Positions 1 through 14,325 of a stretch of DNA of 64,000 bases are shown here, piece by piece; position 1 is the first letter of the stretch; every line of letters begins with the position of its first letter. The position numbers and the translations under genes are program-made. Origin of the DNA: Chrysomallon squamiferum (lineage: Eukaryota; Animalia; Mollusca); the NCBI GenBank assembly GCA_012295275.1, contig CM022675.1, positions 8,184,001-8,248,000 on the forward strand, given 5' to 3'. The notes below the pieces were generated by a model that saw nothing but the letters and a program-made list of their open reading frames with translations, had not been told where the DNA came from and ran no database searches.

Positions 1-70
1 TATTCTGAAACTCATGAAATCCTTAGACGTTGAGTTCAGGTCTTCGTATGTTTACCGAATACTGAACTAA
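1..70 (+). CDS. 3' end of exon 5 of a further Cys-rich-peptide/Hint gene (copy 0), truncated by the window edge
   Basis: From position 2 it reads ILKLMKSLDVEFRSSYVYRILN* (TAA 68-70), matching the C-termini of the other copies; the array therefore continues to the left. Confidence 0.85.
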   Translation, partial: ILKLMKSLDVEFRSSYVYRILN

Positions 71-757
71 GTTCGTTTTCCTAAAAATATTTCGTTTTCT
101 TTTTTTCTTCTTGTATCCTACACTAAGAGGAGTAAGGTATTTTCATCCTTGGGACTCCTGGAGACAGTGAACCAATGTCAGCAAACTTACAAAAAAAAAA
201 TGTAATAGTTTAATTGTTAATTAACTCATCTAATTATTTTTAATAAAATAGTGCATAAACCTCGATAAAATATTGTGTGTATAAAATAAAAAATGATATC
301 GGTTTATATCAGTTGACCGATATATATCAAATATCATTCATATATATCTGTTTCTATTTCTGTCTGTAAATATATATGTATGTAACAAAAAAGGGTCAGA
401 AAAGCAAAATGAGAAACATTTAATAGGCAAATGGTTAAAATATTCTGCAATATTCAGGCCAAATAATGAAATGATAAGTCAGAACTACACAACTTTTTGT
501 TTTGCTCTTTAACATTGATTTTCTTGGAAGCAGAAGAGATGATTTAAAAATGCAACTATAATAAAACATTAGAATTGGCGCTTTCATACCGGTCGACACA
601 AACTTTAATCATTTTATTAGAGACTTTTGATAACATACAAAGTGTAATCTACATTCAGTTAATACAAATTGAAATTGCTGCAGGTGATCCTCAAATATGT
701 TACGACTCTCATAATTGCTCTGTAATATGAAAATGTGATAAATCATTTCATGTATCT

Positions 758-859
<102 letters not shown>

Positions 860-2619
860 GCTTTAGACATTCACTGTCCCTAGAAGACGACCCATCAGGT
901 GTAAGTAATTAAAAAATAATAATAATCCGAGTCATGATGACTGATGCGAGATTAATTTATTTAATCTGTGAAAACAGAACTGTAGTTTAAGTATCTATAA
1001 CCTAAATAACCTGTGGACATGGACTTCTTATTTAACTGAATCACGTAAAGAAACTGGCATAAGCTTAAATGTTGGTACTGTCGTGATAATGAATACAGTG
1101 TTACTTCGGCCCCTAAGATTGAGTATTTCTACAATATCTTACCTTTCCCCTCGACAATTCGTAGGCTGTATGAACAACTCCACTTCCTCTGCCACACGCG
1201 ATTGAATCCTTTGGTAATAGCTAGTCCTCCTTCAGTTCAGTAGGTGGAAGCTGTTACCTGGGCCAGATGAACCTTAGCTCTGTAGTTCTCTCCCGGGCAT
1301 CCCGCCACCCAGAGTTACAAATTAAATTGCCTTATCCCATGAAACTACTTGTATTATAGCACAAATTAAATGTTCATTTGGTTTTCAACCGGTTGACCTT
1401 GCTTATGAAAGCACTGATGGTGGCATCTTTTCAATCTGGCTCTTTGTGCTCTGGTTGACAGGATTCTGTTGCTGATGAACCTTGCAAAATAGAGCAGTAT
1501 TATGAATATGACATTGATATTCATTTGGGTGGGTGGACGTGAATTTTTTTCCCGTAGTGGCTGAAATGGCGCTTGAATTGGGGAGACTGATTACTGCGGA
1601 TGTGGCGCTTATACTACGTGGGCCAGTCAACTAGAGTTAATTCCCTTTGGCCTTTTCCCCAGCTTTAACCAGTTACCACTAACCTCGCAACTAGATATAT
1701 TTTCCTGGCATTAAATGGGATTATTAGGTATTACGAATAATCTCTATTATAATATTATGATGAAAATTGTGTACGTTCATAAGCTATAGGTGCTGAGAGT
1801 CTCACAGTAATATTTTCAAACGAAATGTTTTTATCTTAAGTAAAAGATAATTTTATTTTCAAGAGAATAGCAACGTTTAAAACAACATTTCCTTTGTGAT
1901 TTTATTTATTATTTTCTTTAAAACATCAAAAGTATATTTTTCAGATGATCGTTTTCAATTGCCATAGATAATTTAGACAATTTATACTTATACTTCGAGT
2001 CTGCTTTCGCAAATTAAATGGTTTATCATGTTGTTGTTTTTTAAAAAGGGATTAGCAGCAAAATCGTATGAAAATATTTCTAAATTATCCATCTGTTCAA
2101 CTGCTGCGATTTGAATTCGAACAACTGAATGTAGCTTTATTCTCATAGTTCGTGTCCTTCTATTTAAAAATATTTATATGATCGTCTGTTTTAAAATTAA
2201 ATTTACTGGAATACCAAGAAAATGAAAGTTAAAGTGAAAATAAGGTGGTCAAACAAAATAATGTGTATTTGTGACCTTTTTTTCATTATTCGGCCTGACT
2301 TTAAGTCTACTGCAAAATAATACAATAAAATAATACCGTTGAAACTATTTTAATGCTGGTCATTCAACTTTTCACAATTTTCTCGCATGATGCTTAAAAA
2401 ATTTTCAGTTTTATTTCCTGTTTTTCAGTCTTTAATTTAATTTAACTTACTTTAATTTTGTATTTATTTTTAAGCTGAACAAGGGCTTGTAATTTAGTAA
2501 TAGAGAATAATATAAGTACTGAACCCCTAATCAGACACTATAACTGGTAATTTGGCACAATGCAAAGCAATATAAAATGATATTATGTGTAGAATTTTGC
2601 TAACAGACAACTTATCTTT

Positions 2620-2820
2620 ATGCTCGCTTTCAGAAGTAAAAGCACATTCAGTTATTAGAAATTCAAATCGCCTACAGATGAACTTGAAACAGTCTTTCAA
2701 TTTTTTTTATTTAATAACAGATTGATTTCTCGCTTCGTGCTTTTACGACTATGCTAATCGCTTTGAAAAAGAGAAAAATTATGAATCATGTCATTTACCT
2801 GTCTCACACGAACATACTGC

Positions 2821-2915
<95 letters not shown>
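2620..2915 (+). repeat. Recurrent spacer module ending in a long (GA)n tract
   Basis: cattcagttattagaaattcaaatcgcctacagatgaacttgaaac...tttacgactatgctaatcgc...(GA)n recurs at ~640-853, 6640-6976, 12040-12373, 12820-13122 and 35860-36122, and inverted at ~19196-19460, 24118-24380 and 26780-27060. Confidence 0.8.
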
Positions 2916-2916
<1 letters not shown>

Positions 2917-3684
2917 TCAAAATATATGTATTATACAATATTCGTTTAAGCGCGATTTTTTTACAATCTGTGTTGTAAATTTAGAAATGTTCGTCCCTAG
3001 AAGACGACGCATCAGGCGTTAGTACTCAAAAAATAAAAATAATTCGAATCATGATGACTGACACGAATTTGACTTATTTAATTTGTGAACACTGAATTGT
3101 AGTTTAAGTAGCGGTTGTCTAGATAACCTTTGGCCATGGAGATCTTTAATTTAATCACGTAAAGAAAGTGCTTAAATGTTAGTACTGTCGCGATAATAAA
3201 TATAGCGTTATTTGGTTTGGAAATATTTCTGTGGACATTACAGCCTAAAAATTGCTGGTCCTCATATATATATAGTATTTCACATTAACCTTACATTAAT
3301 ATTACTAATGGTATAGAAATCTTCACTTCAAAATATAAAAAAGTGCGTGCTCTGGCAATCTTGAAGGAATGTACGTATTTGTGTGTCTTATTTTTGCAGA
3401 CTTAAAAGATTTCGAACACCATAAGAGAATTTAAATGGCTTCTTGAAACCAACTGCAAAATAATACTTTTATCCCTTTATACAGCCTTCTCGTTTTCTTT
3501 GCGCGATATGGTGGTTAGATATCTCTGACTTGTTTGGTAGGTGATAGAGGTAGGCCAGTTTTTCGCCTGTTTCATTTCTGTACAAGTTGATCTTGCTGAT
3601 AAAATATAAATTATCTGTTCCGAGCTCCAAATTTCACTTTATTCATATAAATTATTGATTTTTTCTTTTCTCAGTTTTATAGCG

Positions 3685-3711
3685 ATGCAAATGCCTTTCA
3701 GTAATGCAAAT
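3685..3711 (+). promoter_or_regulatory. Double octamer ATGCAAAT-n11-ATGCAAAT upstream of copy 1
   Basis: Two exact POU/Oct octamers at 3685-3692 and 3704-3711, with the same spacing in all complete copies. Confidence 0.6.
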
Positions 3712-3788
3712 GAGTTAAACGATTTCGTCAGTATTAGAATTACAGCGATAGAAGGAAAAACGCACAGAGTTCAAACGTTTTTGATACC

Positions 3789-4605
3789 ATGAAGTATTCT
3801 GCTTTGCTAATCCTGCTTTTGCTGCTACAGCCTGTAAGAGGTATTTCGTATCGTTTTCGAATTTATATTAATCCCGTTACCACATTTCCCGTCTGTTTGT
3901 TTCTGTCACTTTATTTCCGTTTCTTCTTTCTTCTTCTCTTTTCTTTTTCCTCCTTTTAATTTTTTTTTTCTTTTCCCTTTCCTTATTATTACTCCTCTTC
4001 CTCCGCCTCCATTACTTCCTGTCTTTGCTTTCATCTCTCCACCTCACAGTATTTCACTCTATCTGTCAGCTTTACTTATTCCTGTCTAACTCCATTTGCG
4101 TTTTCTCCCCGCTTTCCTCTCAATCTTTCGCCATCTCAGTTTGTTTTCCTGCCTTTTCCTCTGTCAAGCCCTGTCTTTTTCTTTCTCCTACTGACGAAAA
4201 CGCTTTTACTCCAGGATATATTTATAAATGTAAATGCAAGAAAAGGGACGAGAAAGGGAAGTGGACACTGACTGCTTCCCAGTTGTGTCCCTTGTGATTG
4301 TATTATGTACACAAAAGGAGATTGCTGTTTGCCGTGTTGTTTCCATGGTGACAGTAAGCTTGAACTCGAAAACGGTTCAGTGGTAAAAATGAAATATCTA
4401 ACTGCAGGTCAGAAGATTCTCACAGGTAAATTATTAAGACAACTATTAATTCTGCTGAAGTTAAAGGTCATCATAAAGCTCTCGAATAAGCAAAAAAACA
4501 CTGATTACTAATGACGGCATGAACTAAACACTAGAAAAAAACAACAAAAAACAACACAGTGGTAGAATACGTAAACACGTAAAACAAACTAAAATAGAAG
4601 ATGAT

Positions 4606-4648
<43 letters not shown>

Positions 4649-5856
4649 TGTTGTTGTTGTTGATATTCTTAGTAATTTTCATGCTTTTATCCTGGATGTT
4701 ATTTTTTTTTTTTTTTTTTTTTTTTTTATATATATATATATATATATTTATTTTTTTTTGTTGTTGTTTTTCTTCTAGTGGAAAATGGAAAACGGATATT
4801 TTCTGAGGTGAGAACATTCATGAAACGACTTCCGCAAACCAACGTCACGCACAGAACTTTTACGACAGAAAAGGGAAATCACTTTTCCATCACAGAGGAC
4901 CATCTGATATTTATGTCCAACAACAACAACACTACTGACATGAAAGCTGAGTTAGTATTCATATAACTCTGTCTCCACTGTTCGTTTCATAGAAAATAAG
5001 AAGGTATTTTGTTTATTCTGGCTATCTTCTTGTCAAGGCGATTTTGTCTTTCAAAAATAAACCTACCTTCTCTTTTTTCACCTTCATTTATGTTATTACG
5101 TTTGATTAAAACTTTGTTCTAAAGAAGGTGAAACAAAAGATATATGTGTACACAATAACATTGAGAAATACATGCACACCCACACATAAACACAGATATT
5201 TACAAATGCAAATTTAAATAGGATAAAGCGCATTCAAAGATATTAATATAATTACCTTTGTTGCACTAAGGATTGCGATGTTGGTGAAACGAGGTGATTA
5301 TATTTTCTCCACACTGTCGTGTCCAAGTGGTCTTTGTGCAGAGCGAGTTGTTGATATTTCCTTTTCTGAAAAACCAGGTAATAATATTCCTGATTATTAA
5401 GATGATGATGATAATAATAATAACAATATTATTAATAGTAGTAGAAATGGCAGAAGTAGAGGCAGTAATATTCATAATAATAATAATGATCATAATTGTA
5501 TTAATAATAATAATTATAATGACAACGATGACGACGATGATGATGATGATAATAATAATCAATTATTAATTCCTGACAGTCACTTTTATATGTGAAGGTT
5601 GTTTTGATTAGATGAAAAAATATCAAATATTTTTTTCACAGGGTTGTACGTACCACTGACTGATACAGGAACTCTTGTTGTGGATGGAATCTTAGCTTCC
5701 AATTACGCTTATTTTGATCATGACGTGGCACAGTTCTTCGTGAGTCCGTTCCGGTGGTTTCCTTGGTTACTGAAACCATGGGAGCAAGGCGGATTCAGTC
5801 CTATTCTGAAACTCATCAAATCCTTAGATGTCACGTTGAGGTGTTCCGAATACTGA
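3789..5856 (+). pseudogene. Copy 1: signal peptide + 8-Cys peptide + Hint/Hog domain precursor with one +1 frameshift (pseudogene or homopolymer error)
   Basis: GT-AG exons 3789-3840 (MKYSALLILLLLLQPVR), 4215-4425, 4779-4950, 5271-5377 and 5642-5856 sum to 757 nt, one base too many. Removing one C from CCC at 4289-4291 gives GYIYKCKCKKRDEKGKWTLTASQLCPCDCIMYTKGDCCLPC|CFHGDS...SITEDHLIF...GILASNYA, 251 aa. Confidence 0.8.
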
Positions 5857-6508
5857 ATTGAGATCGTTCGTTTTCAAATATTATTTCGTTGTTCATTTAT
5901 TTCATTATCTTTTATCCCTATGTCTATGTGTTGGCAGTAATTACTGAAAGCAAAATAAATTACTAGCTGTTGGTATTGTCATGTGTTTGTCTTTATAGCA
6001 AATAATTAAGTAAAAAAACTGGAAATATGGAAACTAGGAAGAGGGGTAGACGTTTCTGGTCCTTGGGGCTCCTAGAAATAGTGAAGAAATGTCAGCAATG
6101 TTCAAAACAATTATTTCTTAATTAACTGATCTACCTACTTTTAATAACACAGCGCTATGATCTTGCCCGATTACTGATATTGTATACTAAATAAATTAAT
6201 TTGAGACAACACATTGACAAACCATTTAGAACTAAATCGCAAATAATGTTCTTATGTTTTTAGTAAAGTATACAACAAAGTGATGCTTGAATGTTAAAGA
6301 AATACGGATTTTTGCGAATTTTATTTTTGGAAACCCAAAATGTCTGTAGCGCATCGTAGAAATCAAAGACTTCTTGAATCCAGATGACTGATAATGTTGT
6401 TGTTTTTTTTTTTTTTTTTTATCTGAATAAATGATTATCTAGTTTTCTATGTAAAATTTACCTTCGAGTTTGATAGCTATTTTTTACTTCTTTATTGCAG
6501 TTTTATTA

Positions 6509-6553
<45 letters not shown>

Positions 6554-6870
6554 GAAAGATGAATTTTAATCTAATAGTCGACAGATGTTACAATAGTTAG
6601 CTTAACATAGTAAAATGCAAAATAATATCATTACTCTCACTTTCAGGAGTAAAACTACATTCAGTTATCAGAAATTCAAATCGTCTACAGATGAACTTGA
6701 AACACTCTTTGAAGGTGTTTAAAAAAATAATGAAAAAAAAATCATATATGATTGATTTCTCGCTTCGTAGTTTTACGACTATGCTACTCGCTTTGAAAAA
6801 GAGAAAAATTATGAATCATGTCATTTACCTGTCTCACACGAACATACTGTATGTGAGTGAGTGAGTGAGT

Positions 6871-6979
<109 letters not shown>

Positions 6980-7880
6980 ACAGAGATGAAAAGGATACAT
7001 TATTGAATATTCCATTTGTTAGTATTTTTGTACAATCTATCTTGTAAAGATATCTTTTTATTTCGAAATTTACTGTCCCTAGAGTTCAACGCATCAGATC
7101 AGGTTTTATTATTTAACAAATCAAAAGCAATTTCAGTCATGATGACTGATGCGAGATTAAGTTATTTCATTTGTGAAAAGAGAATTGTAGTTTAAGTACC
7201 GGTTAGCGTTGGAAATATTTTCTAATTTAAGTACGCAACGAAAATGCTTTAATTTTAGATGTTGTTATTGTTTTGAGAATAAAGTGAGTCTTAGTTGATT
7301 TGGAAATAATCGTGTGGACATAACTGTGCCTGTAACTCAGTCTAAAAACAGCCTATCCTAAGACATACATATTGTCTCACATATATCTTATAATAAAAGT
7401 AATTGTACAGAAATCTTCCCATTATCTTATTAAAAGAGCATGCTGTGGAAATCTTGAAGGAATATATATTTCATACAACTTTCGGGTTTTCTTTCGGTAA
7501 TGGTAGTTAGATGTCTTGAACCTGTTTGGTAGGCAATAGCTCTAGGCCAGCTTGTCATATAATTCATTTCTTCACTAGTTGCTCTTGTTGCTGAAACTCT
7601 GATATTCTTTTCCTGAACCGAGAATTTCACTTTCGAAAGAAACGAAAATAACAGATATTCATGTACATTATTCTAAAATATTAACATCTTTGATTGGTTT
7701 CTTCTTTCACAATTTCATGGCTTTTCAAATGCCTTTCTATAATACAAATCAGTTAAATGAGTTTCTGCATATTTAACATATACCGATAAAAGGGAAAATT
7801 TTACTTTGGCAAAGAATGAATTCAAATATTTTAAAATATTTAGATATATGATTGATTTTCTCTTTCACAGTTTTATGGCT

Positions 7881-7907
7881 ATGCAAATGCCTTTCTAAAA
7901 TGCAAAT
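7881..7907 (+). promoter_or_regulatory. Double octamer upstream of copy 2
   Basis: ATGCAAAT at 7881 and 7900; a degenerate duplicate of the block lies at ~7715-7760. Confidence 0.6.
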
Positions 7908-7982
7908 CAGTTAAACGTGTTTCTGTATAATTAAGATACAGCGAGAGAAGAGAAAAACACAGAGTTGAAAAGTTTTGAAACC

Positions 7983-9455
7983 ATGATGTATTACGTTTTG
8001 TTACTCTTGCTTTTGATACAGCCAACAGAAGCAGGTATTTGAGATTATTTTCGAATTTAAACTTAATTTCTAACTCGCTATCTTTCTGTGTCTTATGAAT
8101 GTCTATCTTTCTTCACATACGCCTATTTACATGTTTTTTCGAGTAACTGGCCTTCTGTATTTTATCTGTGAGTCTGTATCTATTATATATATAACTACAT
8201 CAAATGGTTAGAATAAGTGTAATAAACTGCATCACAGGGTCCACTGGATAAACTTGCTACAGTTTATCGGTCTCTCGATCTGTGTATTTTTTTTTATATA
8301 ACTACACGATAAAATTAGTGTATTTGTATCCCAGAGTTCAGCGAAATACGCAAGAGACTCGCAGTGTTAATACAGTTATTACATTTACTACAACTGGTTG
8401 ATAAGAAACAACATTTTTCGTAGTGCATGTATGAGACTGCTTGCTGTAAAGTTGATAAAAGCAGCCTTTCATACGCAATAACAGTTTGTAAAAAGGTTCG
8501 TTTACTCTGAATGTTTCTGTCACTTTATTCTCGTTTCTTCCTTCTTATTCCGTTTTAATTATTCCTCGCTTTACCTTTCCGTTTCCTTTTTAATACTTCT
8601 CTTAATTCTCCTATCTCTGCCTCGGTCTCTGTGAATTCCTGTCTTTGCTTTCAACTCTCCTGTCAACTGTGTCTCACGCTCTCTCTATCACCCTTCCTAT
8701 TCCTGTGTAATTATTTCTGTCTTTCGTCCCGATTTTCACTAATTCTTTCTACATCTCAGTTTGCTTTTCTTCCTTTTTCTCTCTGTATTTACCTCTCTCT
8801 CTAATTCTGTGTTGCGGTTTCCCTCTATTCTTCCTCTACTGAGGAATAATGTTTTATTCCAGTACCAGCATGTACATGCGTAATAGGGTTTACAATGATA
8901 GCGTATCATTGCCAATGTGGATGTTCTGATAAACCACACGTATGCTGTATGTCTTGTTGTTTCCATGGTGACAGTATTGTTACACTTGAAGACGGTTCAG
9001 CAACAAAAATGAATCATCTGACTGTAGGTCAGAAGGTTCTCACAGGTAAGATATTAACAAAAATGTTAGTGTTATTAAAGTTGATGTCGAAGTAATTCCA
9101 CAGATATCGGACAGCTAAGACACGTACTTGTTATGTTTGTGAGGAAATCTTCTGAAGAAGAGAAGGTTAACAAACGCGAATAGTAGAATATATTCACCTC
9201 CGAAACAAAGACAAGCAAAACTGCCGAGATATTCTGTGTAGCGTCGACAACGAGAAGAACACTGAAGATGTTCAAGGCAGCACTCAAGAGATTATTCTGA
9301 AATTTTACCTCACAAAAGAGAGGTGCGAGGATAGATGAGGAGTAGACGAGTCTTCGTTTACTCTTGGACAGACAGCCATCTACTAACACACCACACGAAC
9401 TGCAGGAAATATTTGGTCGATGCAACCGAACCAATTATTGCTATCATATTAGTAA

Positions 9456-9510
<55 letters not shown>

Positions 9511-9558
9511 GTTGTTGTTGTTGTTATTATTAATTCATTCATTCATTCATTTATTAAT

Positions 9559-9593
<35 letters not shown>

Positions 9594-10693
9594 TTCATTC
9601 ACTTACTTATTTAATTGTTGCAGGTACTTTTCTTTTATCGCTGTGGTCATTGTTGTTTTTCTTTCTAGTTGAAAATGAAAAAAGAATATTTACTGAGGTA
9701 AAAACATTCATGAAACGATTTCCGCAAACCAACGCCACACATCGAACATTTACGACAGAAAAGGGAAATCACTTTTCCATCACAGGGGACCATCTGATAT
9801 TTATGTCCAACAACAACAAAACTACTGATATGAAAGCTGAGTTAGTATTCATATGCTTCTGTCTACACTCTTCTTTCCATAGTGCATAAAGGCGAGAGAC
9901 CTTTCTTGTGGCTATCTGCGTCCGAATCTGATATCTCTCCAGAAATGAACATTTTATTTTTCTGTCTCTTTTCACCTATCTGAATGTTACCACGTTTTAT
10001 TAAAACTTTATTCTAAAATACTAAATACATCCTTTTGTATAGCAAAAACATTCAGTATTACATGAACACATAGACATAAACACAAATAGTGACACACTGA
10101 AATTTATATAATAAATATTGAGGAATTCAATCAAATTAATAGACATACCTTTTTCGCACAAAGGCATGCCATGTCGGTAAAACGAGGTGACTATATTTTC
10201 TCCACAATGTCGTGTCCAAGTGGTCTTTGTCCAGAGCGAGTTGTTGATATTTCCTTTTCTGAAAAAACAGGTAATAATAATGTTCATTAAGACGATGATG
10301 ATGATGATTATGATGATGATGATGATAATAATGATAATAATAATAACAATAATACTAGAAATAATAATAAATTTAAGTACTTTATGAATTATAGATTTGA
10401 GTCAGTTCTATATCTGGAGGTTGTTTTTAGTAATGAGAGTATAATATTTAATATATTTCACAGGGTTGTACGTACCAATGACTGACACAGGAACTCTTGT
10501 TGTGGATGGAATCTTAGCTTCGATTTATGCTGGTGCTGACCACCATCTGTCACATTTCGCCATGACACCGTTCCGGTGGTTTCCTTGGTTATTGAAACCA
10601 TGGGAACAGAAAGGAATGAGTCCTATTCTGAAAGTCGTGAAATCCTTACATGGCATGCTGAGGACTTCCTACGGTTACCTATTACTGAACTGA
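7983..10693 (+). CDS. Copy 2: secreted Cys-rich peptide-Hint (Hog) domain precursor, 247 aa
   Basis: Exons 7983-8034, 8863-9045, 9669-9840, 10164-10270, 10464-10693, all GT-AG and in phase (744 nt). MMYYVLLLLLLIQPTEA-VPACTCVIGFTMIAYHCQCGCSDKPHVCCMSC|CFHGDS; Hint blocks TGDHLIF and GLYVPMTDTGTLVVDGILASIYA. Confidence 0.88.
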
Positions 10694-11660
10694 GGTCGTT
10701 TTCAAATATTATTTCATTATTTATTTATAATAATAACAAAAATATTCAAAATCAATAAATAAATAAATAATATTGGCCCTTTTATGTTTGAACTGGCCAC
10801 CAGAACTTTTGTGACCTACACCACATTCTCAGCTACCCCTTGTTTGTTTTTTGTTTTCTATTTTTTTTTTTTATGTTTATGTACAAAACTAAGTTCAAGT
10901 GAAACCTTTGGAGGATATATGATTCTTTACATTTTCCTGGATATCCCAAAACCCTTTTTACTTTTTCGAGAACACTTGGCCGCATTCAACTTAAATTAAT
11001 GACCAACGAATACCTGGAAACATAGTGATTGTCCTCATGACAGAGTATGTATGTATCTCATCATTTCCAAACTGGCATACACCATTAGCTCCTTGTGTGC
11101 CTCCTGACCTTTAAATCAGAGAGTCGGTAAAAGCCAACTCTTAGCGCCCTAATTAAACCAGGCTCTTGACAAAATTCATAGGTGGACATAATACCTCTTC
11201 GGCCCCGAAGATTGAGAATATCTTTATTACGTTACCTCTTCCCTTGAATATCTGTACATGGACTGAACAACTCCTGTTCAACCCGGATGATGGAGCGGAT
11301 GCTTTGGTAATAAAATGTCCTCCTTATAGTTTAGAAGGTGGATCAAACATTTCCTTTTCCATTTCCACTTTTCGAGAAATTGATGAAAGCTGAATGCCCG
11401 GCGTTGAAATATTTTCAAATATTTTATTGTCCTATACTTCAGTAGAAGTAAAAGGTGGCCGAATAATGAAATGATCAGTTAGAAATATACAGAATATCTT
11501 TTGACTGATTATTCTTACAAATGATTCCACTTCAATATTCTTCTCTTTTCATTTTCAGATTTCTATCCAGTTTTTTCAATCTTTATTTAATTATTTATCT
11601 ATTTTTAAGCTAAATAAGGGCTTTTGATTTAGTAATAGAGAACAATATAAGTACGAACCT

Positions 11661-11829
11661 AAAACGTATCGCATACAGACATCATCTAATTGTAAATGTG
11701 CATGTCTTTATTCAACTGACTCCGACTGCTGTGAGCACTGTTCTTTCCACGGTGACATTAACCTTGTACTTGAAGACGGTTCGGTAATAAAAATGAAACA
11801 TCTGACTTTAGGTCAGAAGGGTCTCACAG
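11661..11829 (+). pseudogene. Orphan exon-2 relic of the peptide-Hint family with the catalytic Cys replaced by Ser
   Basis: Translates ...SSNCKCACLYSTDSDCCEHC-SFHGDINLVLEDGSVIKMKHLTLGQKGLT followed by the donor G|gtaaat; I found no exon 1 or exons 3-5 nearby. Confidence 0.8.
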
Positions 11830-12242
11830 GTAAATTATGACGTAAAATATTAATGTTACTGGAGTTAATATTGAAGTCATCACAGAGATTTCGGATAAGT
11901 AAGACACATACCGATTATGTGTGAGAAATATTCTAAAGACGAAGAGATTAAGAAACATAAGTACTGAAACTCTAAGAAGATATTACAACTGATAATTTAA
12001 CATAGTACAACTTTGGTAGAACTTGTCATTTTTCTCGCTTTCACAAGTAAAACTACGTTCATTTATTATAAACCCGATCGCCTACAGGTGAAATTGAAAT
12101 TCACTTTGAGGTTTAAAAAAAAAAATTAAAACAAAATGAATATATGATTGATTTCTCTCTTTCAAATTTTACGACTGTGCTAATCGGTTTTAGAAGGTAG
12201 AAGCGATTAAGCATGTGGTGTATCTGTCTTACACGAACATAG

Positions 12243-12376
<134 letters not shown>

Positions 12377-13018
12377 AAACTGATGACATTATGGAATATT
12401 CGTTTAAAAACCTATTTTGTAACTTGTGTTTTTAAATACATTTTGCTTTAGTGATTTACTTTCCCTAGTACTCGATGAATTAGTTTTTAATTCTTTACAA
12501 AATAAACAACAGAGAGAGAGAGAGAGAGATCAAATCGTATGAATTATGGAATATTCGTTCAGCAAAGAATTTTGTACAATCAGTGTCTGATAATGATTTT
12601 TTGTTCTTGCTTTTTCTGAATCAATGATTATCTAGTTTTCTATGTAAAGTTTACCTTCGAGTTTGATAGCTATTATTATACTAGTTTATTGCAGTTTTAT
12701 TAATATTATTGTTTTTTCAAAGATGAACGATGAATTTTAATCTACTAATCGACAGTAATAGAGAAAAGACGTTACAATAGGTAACTTAACATAGTAAAAT
12801 GTAAAATAAAATCATTACTCTCACATTCAGTTATTAGAAATTCAAATCGCCTACAGATGAACTTGAAACATTCTTTGAAGGTGTTTAAAAAAAACCATTT
12901 AATTTAATATCTGATTGATTTCTCGCTTCGTACTTTTACGACTATGCTAATCGCTTTGAAAAAGAGAAAAATTATGAATCATGTCATTCACCTGTCTCAC
13001 ACAAACAGACTGTATGTG

Positions 13019-13125
<107 letters not shown>

Positions 13126-13352
13126 AAAAGTCATGATTATGGAATATTCGTTTAAGCGCAATTTGTGAAGAGAGAAATCAGCTGTGATCAAATATCTTTC
13201 AGTCGTATTATTTTATTGATTTTACATTTGGTATTTTCTTGTAGTACGACAGAAAATATAATAATTTTATTCGGCTAATTTTGCTAGTGTACAGCTTGTC
13301 ATTTTCATAGTTTCCATAAAATAAGAGAGAGAGAGAGGCACAGAGAGAGAGA

Positions 13353-13472
<120 letters not shown>

Positions 13473-14223
13473 TATTGAATGACTCATGCAAGATTAAGTT
13501 ATTTAATTTGTGAAAACAGAACTGTAGTTTAAGTACCGGTTAGCCATGGAAATATTTTCTAATTTAAGTACACAACGAAAATGCTTTAATTTTAAATGTT
13601 GTTATTGTTTTGAGAATAAAGTGAGTCTTAGTTGATTTGGAAATAATCTTGTGAACATAACTGTGCCTGTAACTCAGTCTAAAACCAGCCTATCCTAAGA
13701 CATACATATTGTCTCACATATATCTTATAATAAAAGTAATTGTACAGAAATCTTCCCATTATCTTATTAAAAGAGCATGCTGTGGAAATCTTGAAGGAAT
13801 ATATATTTCATACATCTTTCGGGTTTTCTTTCGGTAATGGTAGTTAGATGTCTTGAACCTGTTTGGTAGGCAATAGCTCTAGGCCAGCTTGTCATATAAT
13901 TCATTTCTTCACTAGTTGCTCTTGTTTCTGAAACACTGATATTCTTTTCCGAACCGAGAATTTCACTTTCGAAAGGAAAGAATTGAACAAATATTGCACT
14001 TATTCGTGTACATTATTGTAAAATATTAAGATATGTGATTGGTTTCTTCTTTCACAATTTCATGGCTTTTCAAATGCTTTTCTAAAATACAAATCAGTTA
14101 AATCAGTTTCTGTATATTTAACATATACCGATAAAAGGGAAAATTTTACTTTGGCAAAGAATAAATTCAGATATTTTAAAATATTTAGATATATGATTGA
14201 TTTTTTCTTTCAGTTTTATGGCT

Positions 14224-14250
14224 ATGCAAATGCCTTTCTAAAATGCAAAT
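14224..14250 (+). promoter_or_regulatory. Double octamer upstream of copy 3
   Basis: ATGCAAAT at 14224 and 14243. Confidence 0.6.
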
Positions 14251-14325
14251 CAGTTAAACGTGTTTCTGTATATTTAAGATACAGCGAGAGAAGAGAAAAA
14301 CACAGAGTTGAAAGGTTTTGAAACT

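Noticed and set aside
9075-9434. 119-aa and 115-aa antisense ORFs in intron 2 of copies 2 and 3 (also 15437-15784)
   Set aside because: They are shared only because of the recent duplication, have no recognisable motif and are absent from other paralogs.
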